This document shows positions 1 to 10,596 of a stretch of DNA of 64,000 nucleotides, piece after piece. A model generated the notes under the pieces. It saw only the letters and a list, made by a program, of their open reading frames with translations. It ran no database searches and had not been told where the DNA came from. Position numbers and translations under genes: made by a program. The stretch spans positions 992,001 through 1,056,000 of the forward strand of contig CAVRBU010000002.1 of the NCBI GenBank assembly GCA_963719315.1, in the 5' to 3' direction. The stretch comes from an uncultured Planctomycetota bacterium (GTDB taxonomy: Bacteria > Planctomycetota > Planctomycetia > Pirellulales > Lacipirellulaceae). The number at the start of each line of letters is the position of its first letter. Position 1 is the stretch's first letter.

Positions 1-1233
1 AAACTTGCGTGGCATGCGGCAGTGGACGGAAACGCGATCCTCGGCATACGTGCGGCTCAGGATTTCACCGTGCTTGGCGAGGGCCGCGAGCAGCCGGCCG
101 TTGCCGACGTCGAGTTCGAGATCGACGTCCAAAAAATGATGGGTGAGCGCGGTGCTGACCGCTGTCGCCAGCCGGTTCAGTCCTTCGCCAGTACGGGCGC
201 TTACGGCAATCGCCGATGGATAGTGCTCTTTCAGGTGGTCGAGCGTGCCATGTTCCGCAACCGCGTCGATTTGATTGAGAACGAGAATCGTATCTTTCTG
301 ATTGATGTCGAGTTCTTCGAGCACCTTGTAGACGGCCGCAATTTGTTCGAGCGCGGCCGGGTTGCTGGCGTCGGCGACGTGCAAGAGCAAGTCGGCCTGG
401 CGGGCTTCTTCGAGCGTGGCCTTGAAACTCGCGATTAAGCTGTGCGGCAAGTCGCGGATGAAGCCGACGGTGTCGCTCAAGAGCACTGGGCCCCAGCCCG
501 GCAATTGCCATCGGCGGGTGCGAGTATCGAGCGTGGCGAAGAGTTTGTCTTCGGCCAGTTCGTCGGCGCCGGTTAGTTTGTTGAGCAACGTGCTCTTGCC
601 GGCGTTCGTGTAGCCGATGAGCGAGACCGTCATGCGGTCGCTGCGGGCGGCTACTTCGCGTTCCTTGCGGCGTTGCACTTGATTGAGTTCGCCGCGCAAA
701 TCGGAAATCCGTTTTTCAACGAGCCGGCGGTCAGTTTCGAGTTGCTTTTCACCAGGGCCGCGCATGCCGACGCCGGCCTTGATGCGCGACAAGTGGGTCC
801 ACATCCGCTTGAGCCGCGGCAACGAGTACTCGAGCTGTGCAAGCTCCACGGCGAGGCGGGCTTCGTGCGTCTGCGCACGGGACGAGAAAATATCCAGAAT
901 AATTTCGGTGCGATCGAGCACCTTGACGCCCAGTTCGCGTTCCAAGTTGCGGACTTGGGCGGCCGCGAGATTGTTGTCGAAGACGACCGCGTCCGCGTCG
1001 GTCGCGCGGACCATCAATTCGAGTTGCTCAATTTTGCCTTTGCCAAGATAAGTGGTCTTATCGGGAACTTGGCGTTTCTGGGTAAGACGACCGACAACTT
1101 CGGCCCCAGCGGTTTCAACCAGACCCGCCAACTCGTCCAAGTTGTCGTGGGAGGCCTGATGGTCGGGTAGCTCGACGCCGACCAAGATGGCCGACTCGCT
1201 TTGAACGCCCTGCTTACGGTCAATTTCTTTCAC
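1..1233 (-). CDS. hflX: GTPase HflX (3' end runs off window)
   Basis: Manual translation from GTG at 1233 (GGAGGAG upstream): ...TYLGKGK...VLDRTEIILDIF...ELAQLEYSLPRL...GPGEKQLETDRR...; missing from the ORF track because it is truncated. Confidence 0.95.
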   Translation of the reverse strand, partial: MKEIDRKQGVQSESAILVGVELPDHQASHDNLDELAGLVETAGAEVVGRLTQKRQVPDKTTYLGKGKIEQLELMVRATDADAVVFDNNLAAAQVRNLERELGVKVLDRTEIILDIFSSRAQTHEARLAVELAQLEYSLPRLKRMWTHLSRIKAGVGMRGPGEKQLETDRRLVEKRISDLRGELNQVQRRKEREVAARSDRMTVSLIGYTNAGKSTLLNKLTGADELAEDKLFATLDTRTRRWQLPGWGPVLLSDTVGFIRDLPHSLIASFKATLEEARQADLLLHVADASNPAALEQIAAVYKVLEELDINQKDTILVLNQIDAVAEHGTLDHLKEHYPSAIAVSARTGEGLNRLATAVSTALTHHFLDVDLELDVGNGRLLAALAKHGEILSRTYAEDRVSVHCRMPRKF

Positions 1234-1506
1234 TATGGCTCGAGACTCCTCCGGTTTGCGGATCCGCCCGGTGCGTCGTTTTGGACGCTTCTCCTCGGGC
1301 GGGGTTAATCCTGTTCCATTATACCTCGCTGTCAAGTGGCGCGGACGGCGGATTGGGTTCGCACCGTTCTCGTGGAAAAGCCCGGATTATCGGTTGTGCC
1401 AAGGTAACTGGCGGCGAAGGCAAGACAAGGAGAGGGGGAGACAAGGAGAATCGTAGACAACGAGTCTCCAATTTCTCCGTACGTCTCCTGAAGACTCGGT
1501 GTCTGC

Positions 1507-2961
1507 TTACCAAATGTATTCAATACCGGCGTGGGCACCGTAGTAGAACAACTGGCCGTCGTCGTTCACGAAAGGCACCCGCGTACCCTGGTTGCCGAAT
1601 GGCGAAGTCTGGTTGAAGTTTTCACCAGCGAGCACGAGCGAATTTAAGAATAGCACTTCGTAACCGGCTCTCAACGAAACGCTCGGCAAGATGTCTGCCA
1701 CCAGATCGACACTCGCCTCGCCGATGAAAGCCACTTTGTCGTCTCGGAATTGTTCGAATGTTGCTGGCACGAATGCGCCGGCATTGCCTTGGGCGGTTTG
1801 GTTCGTGAACTTGTAATGGTTGTCGTAGATGCCGGCTTTGCCTTCCGTGCCCACCCGAAAACCTTGCATCAAAGAAACCCAAATATCACCACCCGCTTGG
1901 AAGCCCGACAGATTGTTTTCTGCATCGAGTGAATTTCTAAATGCCGGATTCGTGAAAACCGGGTCCACGTTGGGAGTTCCGAGCGTGTTGAATTCGAATT
2001 CTTCACCCACGCGCGTGTAGCGGAAGCCGGCCAATAGCGTACCGGAAATTCGCGGACTCCACCCGAGCCAATACCGGCGATAACTGATCTCGGCGGTTTG
2101 TAAATCTGATTCGAACGAGATGCTGTGCTTGATCGCGCGCTCAGTGAACGGCAGCGGACCGCCGGGGTTGGTCACGCCTACCGGATTCGTGCCGAACAAG
2201 CCGGTTCCCGGGGCTGGCCGCGAGAACAGCGAATACAAATTGCCGGCCGGATCATTGGCCGTCGCGCTCGATTGGTAATCGAAGATGCCCATATAGCCGA
2301 ATTCGACCACCGATAGCGGGCAGATATCGTAGCGGCCCAACAGGCGGAATCCGACCCCTGGGTCAAAATCCAATTCGCGGCTGGAGAGCACAATCGTGTT
2401 GCCCACGTTGAGCGATGTGAAGTCGATGTTCTGTTCGAACGTCTTATCGCGTCGCAAGAAAACGGCTTCGGCGCGGACATCGAAGTAATGCGGACCGCGC
2501 TGGTCGGCCAGGTCGCCTTCCACACCGGTGTCGTTCATTAGATCGTAGCCAATGGGCGGATCGGTCCCGCCGGCGCCCATCGGCATGCTGCTATTGAATC
2601 CGCCGCCGCTACAGGGCGCTGGGCCGTAACAGCCACCGTTGCAGCCGCCGTAGCCATTGCAATCATCGTAGCAACCACAATTGCCGCCGCTCTCGCCGTA
2701 ACCGTTGCATGGCTGGCAAAAGCCGGCCGGAACGATCATAGGATTGCCATAGGCGTCGACGGACGTTGGTCGTCGGCCGCCGCTCGATTCGCCGGGCTCC
2801 ACGTACAACGCCTGCGTTGGCCGCGAGCCAGCAGCGCCTGGTCCATAAGCTCCGTAGGGCGATTGCCCGTGAGAAGCCGCTGGCAATGCCGCACCGACGG
2901 CGACGGCTGCCATGATTCCCACGAGTTTGATCCGCGTTCCGGCCAGAAATCCAATTCGCAT
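1507..2961 (-). CDS. Planctomycete outer-membrane beta-barrel protein (BBP7/DUF1551-like)
   Basis: Signal peptide, Cys/Gly-rich low-complexity N-region, beta-strand-rich C-domain ending GIEYIW; ATG 2961 with GAGG upstream. Confidence 0.75.
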   Translation of the reverse strand: MRIGFLAGTRIKLVGIMAAVAVGAALPAASHGQSPYGAYGPGAAGSRPTQALYVEPGESSGGRRPTSVDAYGNPMIVPAGFCQPCNGYGESGGNCGCYDDCNGYGGCNGGCYGPAPCSGGGFNSSMPMGAGGTDPPIGYDLMNDTGVEGDLADQRGPHYFDVRAEAVFLRRDKTFEQNIDFTSLNVGNTIVLSSRELDFDPGVGFRLLGRYDICPLSVVEFGYMGIFDYQSSATANDPAGNLYSLFSRPAPGTGLFGTNPVGVTNPGGPLPFTERAIKHSISFESDLQTAEISYRRYWLGWSPRISGTLLAGFRYTRVGEEFEFNTLGTPNVDPVFTNPAFRNSLDAENNLSGFQAGGDIWVSLMQGFRVGTEGKAGIYDNHYKFTNQTAQGNAGAFVPATFEQFRDDKVAFIGEASVDLVADILPSVSLRAGYEVLFLNSLVLAGENFNQTSPFGNQGTRVPFVNDDGQLFYYGAHAGIEYIW

Positions 2962-2981
2962 CGTAATCCCCCCTCGGCACT

Positions 2982-3051
2982 TTCGGATTGCCGATTTCGG
3001 GTTACGGATTAGGACAAGTGCATCCAGGGAATCCGCAATCCGCAATCCGAA
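2982..3051. repeat. Inverted heptamer array (CGGATT.../AATCCGC)
   Basis: ttcggattgccgatttcgggttacggatt ... aatccgcaatccgcaatccgaa. Confidence 0.6.
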
Positions 3052-3246
3052 TACCGCCATTCACCAGGGCAGTTGCACCGCAGCGAGCATCGCTATTCGC
3101 CGAAGGCACCCCGAGCGTCGCGGCTGTGTATTTCCTCGGAAAGGACTATCGGACCGGTATCCACGGAAAAACCAGACCTTTCGGTAAATGCCGAATTCCT
3201 TGCCCAGGTCGCCCACTTTGGTGACGAAGTGCTGGCGAACGGCGAG

Positions 3247-3330
3247 GTAGGTCCCTTCTGCCGCAAGGGACCTGGGCGGCTTTGCCGGGTTGCAAGTTGG
3301 TTCAGGTCCCGCTCGGCAAGCGGGACCTAC
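3247..3330. repeat. GTAG-type REP doublet
   Basis: GTAGGTCCCTTCTGCCGCAAGGGACCT (3247-3273) and inverted AGGTCCCGCTCGGCAAGCGGGACCTAC (3304-3330), each palindromic. Confidence 0.8.
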
Positions 3331-3422
3331 TTGGAAACCTTGTGTTTTCTTGGGGGAAATCCGGCTATTTTGCGGAACCCGACTGGCCTGAAAAGTGTTG
3401 CAAATCTTCGCAATCAATTAAT

Positions 3423-3451
3423 TTGACGCATTTTCGCGGCCCGTTTACGAT
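3423..3451 (+). promoter_or_regulatory. Putative sigma70 promoter of the S8 peptidase gene
   Basis: TTGACG-N17-TACGAT. Confidence 0.5.
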
Positions 3452-3723
3452 GGAAAGATTGAAACGACCGCAACGATAGCATCGTGCAGATCGGATAGGC
3501 GGAGAATCAGGGCCCACTTCGATCCGATTGCGCGCGAAGTGCGGATTGGAACAGGGGGGCTAACGTGCGGTCGTCCATGGTTCGTACTTGCGGCGTGGAG
3601 CAACGTCGCCAGGCGGAGAAACAATCTTCTTTCGGTATGCGCCGCGCCTGTCGTTCGGAACCGATGGCAGCGGCGACCCACAAATGGGAAATGGCCGGAG
3701 TTAAGTGAGAAGGGGAATCTGTC

Positions 3724-6700
3724 GTGAAGAGACGCAATCGGAAGAGTCGCCAACGTATGTCGCCGCGCCGCGCCGCGCTCGGTCTATTCGCTAACCGGAA
3801 CGAGCGCAAACGCAAGTCGTGGTCGTTCGAGCGATTGGAAGATCGGTTGTGCTTCTCGGCTGCGCCGCTCGATTATCAAGTCGTCAGCTTCTCGAGCGAT
3901 AACGCCGCGGGCGCTGCTCAGACGTTGCTCGACGAATTGTATTGGGGTCAGTTGCAGGCGGCGAGCGCCGCCGGTTCAGCGGCGGGCGCGACGATCGATA
4001 CGACGATCGATATGGATACGCCGAGGTACGTTGTTATGTCGTTGCCGACCGATCCGTTGTTTGCGGATCAATGGCATTTGCTGAATACGGGGCAAGAGGT
4101 GGGCAATCCTGACCTGCAACATTTGTTTGGCGTGGCGGGACAAGACATCAATGTTCTAGGCGCGTGGAACATGGTCGACGCCAACGGCGACCCGATTACC
4201 GGTGAGGGCGTGTTGGTGGCCGTCATTGATTCTGGTGTGCAATTGTTCCATCCCGACCTCGCGGCCAACATCAGCCCAACACTGCGTTACAACTCCGCGA
4301 ACGGCACGAGCAATGTCAACCCGAGTTTGATCCTTTTTACCGGAGGTCATGGAACATCGGTGGCGGGCATTATCGCCGCCGTGGCCGACAACGGCCTGGG
4401 CGGTACGGGTGTTGCGCCGGGCGCCACGATCGTGCCGATCAAGGCCGACGGAGCCGGCGGTGGCTTTAGCTTTCAGTCATTGGAAAACGCGTTACTTTAC
4501 GCGCTGCAAAACGATGTTGATATCACCAACAACAGTTTGGGACCGCCGGGACGAGTTGCCTTCAACATTCCCCCGGAGTTTACACAACTTCTCCGCCAAT
4601 CGGTCGTCAACGGTCGCGACGGCCTGGGCATGATCAATGTTTACGCTTCTGGAAACGATGCCGGCCCAAGATTTACCAATGGCTTCCCGGATATCGGCGA
4701 TTACTCCAGCTCGAGCTACAACGCGTTTGTCAATTCGCGTTATACGATCGGTGTGGGTGGTGTCGATCACGACGGGCTTTACATCAACGCCGACGGCACG
4801 TTTACGTCCTATCCCGAGGCGGGCGCATCGGTGCTGGTGGCGGCGCCTACGGGTTCGAATGGCGCCACGAATATCGCGGACGACGACGGCTACGGCAGCG
4901 GGATATGGACGACGGACCTGGTCGGCGATTTCGGGTTCAACGCCGCCCCGTTGCCGAATGGTTTCGATCCGGACCGCGATTTGTTGCCAGATCCCGATTA
5001 CACATCGCGCTTCAACGGCACATCGGCCGCTGCGCCGATGGTCAGCGGCGTGATCGCGCTCATGCTCCAGGCGAATCCGACGCTCACGTTTCGCGACGTG
5101 CAGGAAATACTCGTCCGCAGCTCGCGGCAGAACGCCCAATTCGAGTTCCCAACCTCCGGGGGTTTTGGAGGCAGTGGCGCCTCGAAGAATACTTGGCAGA
5201 CGAACCAGACGGGTCCGTTTCGCAATCCCGATTCATTCTTTAGTCCATTCTATACGGACCCCTTCACTGCCTTTAATTTCCCGATCGCCGATCCGAACGT
5301 GAACGGGTTTGGTTTCGGTGGGTTCTTTGGGCCCGATACGAATGACGGCAGCCGACAAGGATCAAGCGTCTACGAGCCCCAACCCGCCCTGTTCACCAAT
5401 GGCGCCGGTTATACCGTTAGTCAGGGCTACGGCGTGTATGGAGAGCAGATAGGCTACGCGCACGGCGTGGTCGATGCCGAGGAAGCTGTCTACATGGCGC
5501 TGCATTGGAATGAATTGAACCAGAACATCAATCCCAATACCGAATTGACCTATACAACGTCCGTGGTCGTGACGGCCGCGAATCTACCCGCCGCCGAACG
5601 CTTGCCGCTCAATCACGGTGGCTTCTTGATTCCCGGCGGCATTGGCGGGCTCGCCGGCTATCGCGCCTATTGGGACGAGTACTTTTCGATGACACCGTTC
5701 GCCATGTATATGGGTCCACCCGCCGAACAGCGGGGGTTTTCCTACATCGATTTTGCCGTACCGCCCAGTCAGGAGATGGACGTCGAGTGGGTGGAAGTGA
5801 AGGTCGATATCAGCGGTGGTTCGACGGGGCTCGACGGCCTGCGAATCATGCTCGTGTCACCGGATGGAACGCAGAGCGAACTGAACAATTACTATCAAAG
5901 CCCAACCTTCATACCCTATTCATCGCAACCCAGCTCGAGTAATCCGACGATCGCTCCGGGCGGCACGTTTGACCAAACCGGCGGAAGTTTCGTCTGGACT
6001 TTCAGCACGAATCGCAACTTTGGCGAGAGTTCCAATAGCGAGGTGATCCTCAATCCGGTGACCGGCGAGCCGGTCTTGCAGCAGGTCGATTCGTTCGATC
6101 CCGTGACGCAACAGTTTACGTCCACGATGGAACCGATTTTCCGCAATTGGGAAGTTCACATCGAGAATTGGTCCCCCGTGCAAATGGGCCTGAATGCCGT
6201 CGAAGTGGTCTGGCACGGCAAGCCGATCGGCGGCGGCGAATACGACCCGACTTACGGGGCCAATGGCATCCTTAAGGCGCAGCGGGTCCAGGGCTTCGTC
6301 GGCATCGATACCAATGGCGACGAGCAGTTCAATTACCGTCGCTCGGTGCAGACTGTCTCCGGCTCGCACGCCGATACGAGCGATATCCGCGATGGCGACG
6401 TCACTCGCCAGCTCGATTTCAACGACAACAATCTAAACGGCATTTACGACGAAGGCGACACGATCAATCAAGAGCCGTTCGCCGCGAATGTCGTGGTCCA
6501 GGCCTACCGCGTCGATCCGGCGACCGACCTGGCGGAGGCCACACCGGTCGCGCAATTTCTGACTGGCGCCGACGGCAACTACTACTTCGATCTCGACCCG
6601 ACGCAAACGTATGAGATTCGGATTGTCGATCGCGGCAATCTCGATGCGTTCGGGGTTGAACGTCCCAAGCTGGAAGACGTTACCACTCCCGCGCTCCCCA

Positions 6701-8787
6701 CTTCTGACCCGGCCTTTACGTACCTGCAGCATTACAAGCAGGTATGGCGGATCACGCCCGATTGGTTCTACGCGCCCGATCACGACAACGCGCTGTTGCT
6801 CGGAAACGAGCCTGGGGAGATCTTCTTCGATCCGTCGACCAAAGCGCCCGTGCCCTACGATAACTTTGGCTTGCTGACGCCCGTTCCGATGGCGGTCAAG
6901 AACATCAACTTCTTGCTCAAGCAGGATGCCCCGTCGAACCAGTTCGACGTCACAGGCACGGTGTATTCCGACTTGAATGGCGACGGCCAATTCAATGGCG
7001 CGGATGCCGCGGCCGCTGGTGTGTTCGTGTATTGGGATATAAACCGCAACGGATCCTTCGATTCGGGCGAAACGGAGGTCATGACCGATGCTAGCGGACA
7101 ATACACGCTGCCGATCGATTTGACGACGCTGCCGCCTCCCGTTCCGACCGGCAACGCGACCTACCAGATCGGCGTGATCCGACCCAATTCGGATTGGGCG
7201 TTTACTGATCCGGGTCACGACGGAGTCGAGACGGTGTTTGCCGGTCCCGGGTCGCCGAACCAGTTGGTCAACTTCTTCATTCAGCCTCCGGGCGGTCAAA
7301 ATCCCAACGGCAGCGGCCCCGGCACCATTCAAGGCTTCGTCTTCAACGACATGAATGGCAATGGATTGCAAGGGCTCGGCGAACAAGGCGTGCCGAACTT
7401 CCGCGTATTCATCGACACGAACTTGGACGGCTCTTGGGATAGCGCGACCGAGGCTTCAGCCCTCACGGGCAGTAACGGATCGTTCTTCTTCCCCAATCTG
7501 ACGCCCGGCTTGTATCGCATCGACGTCGTCATCCCGAACGAGGGTACGCCGGCTGCGGCCTGGAGCATCACCGCTCCTGCTGTGGGTTACCGAGAGGTGC
7601 AACTGGCGGCCGGCGAAGCGGTCACGGGCGTGAAATTCGGCCTCGATAATCTAGCCGATAACGATTGGGGCGATTTGCCGGATACATACGGCACCACGGC
7701 CGCGGCGAACGGCCCGCACCACCTCGTGACGCCCGGCTTCCATCTGGGAGCGAGCGCCGACGGCGAAGTGAACGGGATGCCCACGCCGGGGGCCACGGGC
7801 GAAGGTCTGGTCGGCGACAACGACGATGGCGTGATCGTCGTCAGCAACGGCGGCGTCTTGAAGAAGGGAGTGAACACCCTCCGCGTGACGGTGGCGGGCG
7901 TCGGCGGGTTGCTCACCGGTTGGATGGATTTCAACGGCGATGGTCATTTCACCGAAAGCGAGCGATTGACCTGGACTTTGAACGGCAACAATCTCGGCGG
8001 CGAGGCGGATATCAATCCGGGCACGTACGACCTGCAGATCACGATTCCCGCGAGCGCCGTAGACGGCGCGCTGGCCTCCCGGTTCCGCTGGGGTGAACAA
8101 GGCCTGTCGTTTGTCGGGCCATCGGCCATCGGCGAAGTCGAAGATTATTTCTTCGGCCTCAATTACCTGTTCGGCGACTATAACCATAATGGCGTCGTCG
8201 ACAACGGCGATTACACGGTCTGGCGCCGCACACAGGGCCAGTCCGTGGCGCCCTTCACGGGCGCCGATGGCAATGGCGACGGCACGATCAATCAGGCCGA
8301 CTACGATGTCTGGCGCGCCCATTTCGGCGAGACACTTCCCGGGCCCGGCGCCGGGGCGGGTGCTCTGCTGGCAGACGGCGGCGATTCGTCCGCCGGAGGT
8401 TCGTCTGTTGGCGCGGCTGCAGCACTAGCTACGGCTTCCAGTGTGGATTTGGTCGCTTCCGCGGGTTCCGTCGTCGAGTCGTCGCCGAGTTCTCCGGTTG
8501 GTGTGTCCCTGAGCAGCGCAAGCTTTGCATTTGCTTCGACAGGTGGCAGCGATTCGTCGGTATTCCAGTCGAATGTGGGCCTCGGCCACGCGACCGTCGC
8601 GGAAGCCTCGACGTCCAACTCGAATCAGTTACTTCTCGACCTGGCCTGGGCCGGTGTTGACGACGCATCCTACGATGCTGCCGATGAATCCTTGTACGAT
8701 TCCGGCCAACACGAGGAAGCGCACGTTAGCGATTTGGCTCTCGCGGCCGTGCTCAATGATGATTCGGATTGGTGGGACGCTTTGTAG
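3724..8787 (+). CDS. Large extracellular S8 (subtilisin/kexin-like) peptidase with P-domain-like, SdrD B-like, GEVED and dockerin-like modules
   Basis: FERLEDRLCFS planctomycete N-motif; triad VIDSG / HGTSVAG / GTSAAAP; GEVEDY; GDYNHNGVVD...ADGNGDG. Confidence 0.9.
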   Translation: MKRRNRKSRQRMSPRRAALGLFANRNERKRKSWSFERLEDRLCFSAAPLDYQVVSFSSDNAAGAAQTLLDELYWGQLQAASAAGSAAGATIDTTIDMDTPRYVVMSLPTDPLFADQWHLLNTGQEVGNPDLQHLFGVAGQDINVLGAWNMVDANGDPITGEGVLVAVIDSGVQLFHPDLAANISPTLRYNSANGTSNVNPSLILFTGGHGTSVAGIIAAVADNGLGGTGVAPGATIVPIKADGAGGGFSFQSLENALLYALQNDVDITNNSLGPPGRVAFNIPPEFTQLLRQSVVNGRDGLGMINVYASGNDAGPRFTNGFPDIGDYSSSSYNAFVNSRYTIGVGGVDHDGLYINADGTFTSYPEAGASVLVAAPTGSNGATNIADDDGYGSGIWTTDLVGDFGFNAAPLPNGFDPDRDLLPDPDYTSRFNGTSAAAPMVSGVIALMLQANPTLTFRDVQEILVRSSRQNAQFEFPTSGGFGGSGASKNTWQTNQTGPFRNPDSFFSPFYTDPFTAFNFPIADPNVNGFGFGGFFGPDTNDGSRQGSSVYEPQPALFTNGAGYTVSQGYGVYGEQIGYAHGVVDAEEAVYMALHWNELNQNINPNTELTYTTSVVVTAANLPAAERLPLNHGGFLIPGGIGGLAGYRAYWDEYFSMTPFAMYMGPPAEQRGFSYIDFAVPPSQEMDVEWVEVKVDISGGSTGLDGLRIMLVSPDGTQSELNNYYQSPTFIPYSSQPSSSNPTIAPGGTFDQTGGSFVWTFSTNRNFGESSNSEVILNPVTGEPVLQQVDSFDPVTQQFTSTMEPIFRNWEVHIENWSPVQMGLNAVEVVWHGKPIGGGEYDPTYGANGILKAQRVQGFVGIDTNGDEQFNYRRSVQTVSGSHADTSDIRDGDVTRQLDFNDNNLNGIYDEGDTINQEPFAANVVVQAYRVDPATDLAEATPVAQFLTGADGNYYFDLDPTQTYEIRIVDRGNLDAFGVERPKLEDVTTPALPTSDPAFTYLQHYKQVWRITPDWFYAPDHDNALLLGNEPGEIFFDPSTKAPVPYDNFGLLTPVPMAVKNINFLLKQDAPSNQFDVTGTVYSDLNGDGQFNGADAAAAGVFVYWDINRNGSFDSGETEVMTDASGQYTLPIDLTTLPPPVPTGNATYQIGVIRPNSDWAFTDPGHDGVETVFAGPGSPNQLVNFFIQPPGGQNPNGSGPGTIQGFVFNDMNGNGLQGLGEQGVPNFRVFIDTNLDGSWDSATEASALTGSNGSFFFPNLTPGLYRIDVVIPNEGTPAAAWSITAPAVGYREVQLAAGEAVTGVKFGLDNLADNDWGDLPDTYGTTAAANGPHHLVTPGFHLGASADGEVNGMPTPGATGEGLVGDNDDGVIVVSNGGVLKKGVNTLRVTVAGVGGLLTGWMDFNGDGHFTESERLTWTLNGNNLGGEADINPGTYDLQITIPASAVDGALASRFRWGEQGLSFVGPSAIGEVEDYFFGLNYLFGDYNHNGVVDNGDYTVWRRTQGQSVAPFTGADGNGDGTINQADYDVWRAHFGETLPGPGAGAGALLADGGDSSAGGSSVGAAAALATASSVDLVASAGSVVESSPSSPVGVSLSSASFAFASTGGSDSSVFQSNVGLGHATVAEASTSNSNQLLLDLAWAGVDDASYDAADESLYDSGQHEEAHVSDLALAAVLNDDSDWWDAL

Positions 8788-8868
8788 GTCTCCTCTGCCG
8801 GAAGAGACCTATGCGAATCATCGAAGTTTGCGACAACGTCAAGGTCCCGCTCGGCAAGCGGGACATAC
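8784..8868. repeat. GTAG-type REP doublet, second copy
   Basis: GTAGGTCTCCTCTGCCGGAAGAGACCT (8784-8810) and AGGTCCCGCTCGGCAAGCGGGACATAC (8842-8868); same layout as 3247-3330. Confidence 0.8.
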
Positions 8869-8871
8869 TTT

Positions 8872-10320
8872 TTATTTGCTGGCGACCATCGAAACGACTT
8901 CGCCCGCTTCCAACGGCGGCGTCCCGATCACCCGCATTCGCCGCCAGCGACCGATCCGAAATCGCGTGACATACGTCACCGCCGCGATCAGGCACCAGAA
9001 CACGATCAGCGTCCAGCAGCCGTATACGTTGAGTCTCCACATCTGCACGCAAAGCCAACTGAACCCCGCCAGCAATGTGGCCAGAACCAGGCTCACGCGT
9101 AGCAAGAACCGCGTGTCGCCCGCGCCCTTGAGCGCTCCCACGAAAACCATTTGAGTCGCATCGAGCAGGCTGTAAGCCGCCACATACTTCAGCAGCATGG
9201 CAGCCATCTCGCGCACGGCAGATTGATCGGATTCGCTCGCCGCGTAATTCGTGAAGAAGCCGCGCAAGAACAATCCGGGAACGAAAAAGTAAAGCAGCGA
9301 TATCAGAAGCATGTAGGCGAGTGCGATTTGCAACGTGGTGATCGTCGCGGTCGCGGCGAGGTCGTCGCGATCTTCGCCCAACCGCTCGCCCACGAGGACG
9401 CTCACGCCCAAATGCAAGCCGAAGATCGGCATGAAGGACAGGGAGCTTACGCTGAAGGCCATGCTGGTGGCTTCCGCTTCGGTGCCGCCCAGCCGGCCGA
9501 CGAGCAGGATGAACACCGTGAAGCCGGTCACGTCGAGCAGCATTTGGAAACCGCTGGGACCGCCGAAATACAGCATCCGCCTCACGAAAGCCCCGTCCCA
9601 GCGCATGCCGGACGCGGTTCCGAATCGCGTGCGATGGCGTTGCTGGAGCGGGAGCGCGAGGTAGACGAGCGACTTAAGCCACAGGCTAACGACGGTCGCC
9701 CACGCCGCGCCGGCCACGCCCCATTCCGGAAATCCGTAATACCCGAAGATCCAGCAATAATCGAGCACGAGGTTCAGAGTCGCGGCGCCCGCGTCCACAA
9801 TCATCACGACCCACGTTTGCCCGCGTCCGCTGTAAAACGCCGAAGCCGACTGGCTCAGGAGCAGCGCGGGTCCACCCACGCAGAGAATCTGAAAGTACTG
9901 AACTTCGAATCCGTACGACCGGGCGTTGTGCCCTGCCAAACCGAAGAACCAAGGCGCGAGCACTATTGCTGCCAGGAAAATCACACCGCAGCCGAGTGCG
10001 ATCCACACCGCCTGCCAGATGACCAGCCCAACTCGCTGGGGCTGACGTGCGCCGTCGTATTGGGCCACAAACGTGTTCGCGTACGAGCACACGCCGAGCG
10101 GCAGGCAGGCCACGGCGAACCACGCGATGCCGGCCGAAAACGCCGCCGCCATCGCCGTGCCCGAAACCCGATTGAGCATCATCCGATCGATGAAGGTCAT
10201 GATCGTCCACGAAAAGCTGGAGACCACGAGCGGCGCCGCCACGCGCAGCACATCGCGCCCGCCGCTGGGCTTGCCCCACCAGGACACTTCGGTGGCGAGA
10301 TTGGGATTGCTGAGCGTCAC
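8872..10320 (-). CDS. MATE family efflux transporter
   Basis: About 12 TM segments; FIDRMML, LNLVLDYCWIFG, WGVAGAAWAT, GALKGAGDTR. Confidence 0.92.
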   Translation of the reverse strand: MTLSNPNLATEVSWWGKPSGGRDVLRVAAPLVVSSFSWTIMTFIDRMMLNRVSGTAMAAAFSAGIAWFAVACLPLGVCSYANTFVAQYDGARQPQRVGLVIWQAVWIALGCGVIFLAAIVLAPWFFGLAGHNARSYGFEVQYFQILCVGGPALLLSQSASAFYSGRGQTWVVMIVDAGAATLNLVLDYCWIFGYYGFPEWGVAGAAWATVVSLWLKSLVYLALPLQQRHRTRFGTASGMRWDGAFVRRMLYFGGPSGFQMLLDVTGFTVFILLVGRLGGTEAEATSMAFSVSSLSFMPIFGLHLGVSVLVGERLGEDRDDLAATATITTLQIALAYMLLISLLYFFVPGLFLRGFFTNYAASESDQSAVREMAAMLLKYVAAYSLLDATQMVFVGALKGAGDTRFLLRVSLVLATLLAGFSWLCVQMWRLNVYGCWTLIVFWCLIAAVTYVTRFRIGRWRRMRVIGTPPLEAGEVVSMVASK

Positions 10321-10385
10321 GTGCGATCCTGGTCTGTTGAAATCCGCGGGCGAGATTTTCGAGGTCTACTCGGAAAATAGGAAAT

Positions 10386-10457
10386 TGTGAGGTCTCTCCG
10401 AAGCCGATGCCGGGTTGTAATCTCTACACGTCATCGGCGTCGGAGACGCCTCCCACA
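10386..10457. repeat. Degenerate REP-like inverted repeat
   Basis: tgtgaggtctctccgaagccgat ... atcggcgtcggagacgcctcccaca. Confidence 0.5.
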
Positions 10458-10596
10458 GGATCGTTTGTTGCACAGTCCTCAATCGAAGTATGCATGACGT
10501 CCTGTGGAACGCAGCTTGCAAAGCCAGATCGTAGCCAGACAGCCCACCCGCCGCGAGGGTTCACACGTGTGGTGCTATCGCTCCGTGACGGCTGGC

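Noticed and set aside
9151..10380. Long antisense ORFs (also 21428-22477, 34300-35583, 61631-63028)
   Set aside because: Shadows of well-supported genes on the opposite strand in GC-rich DNA
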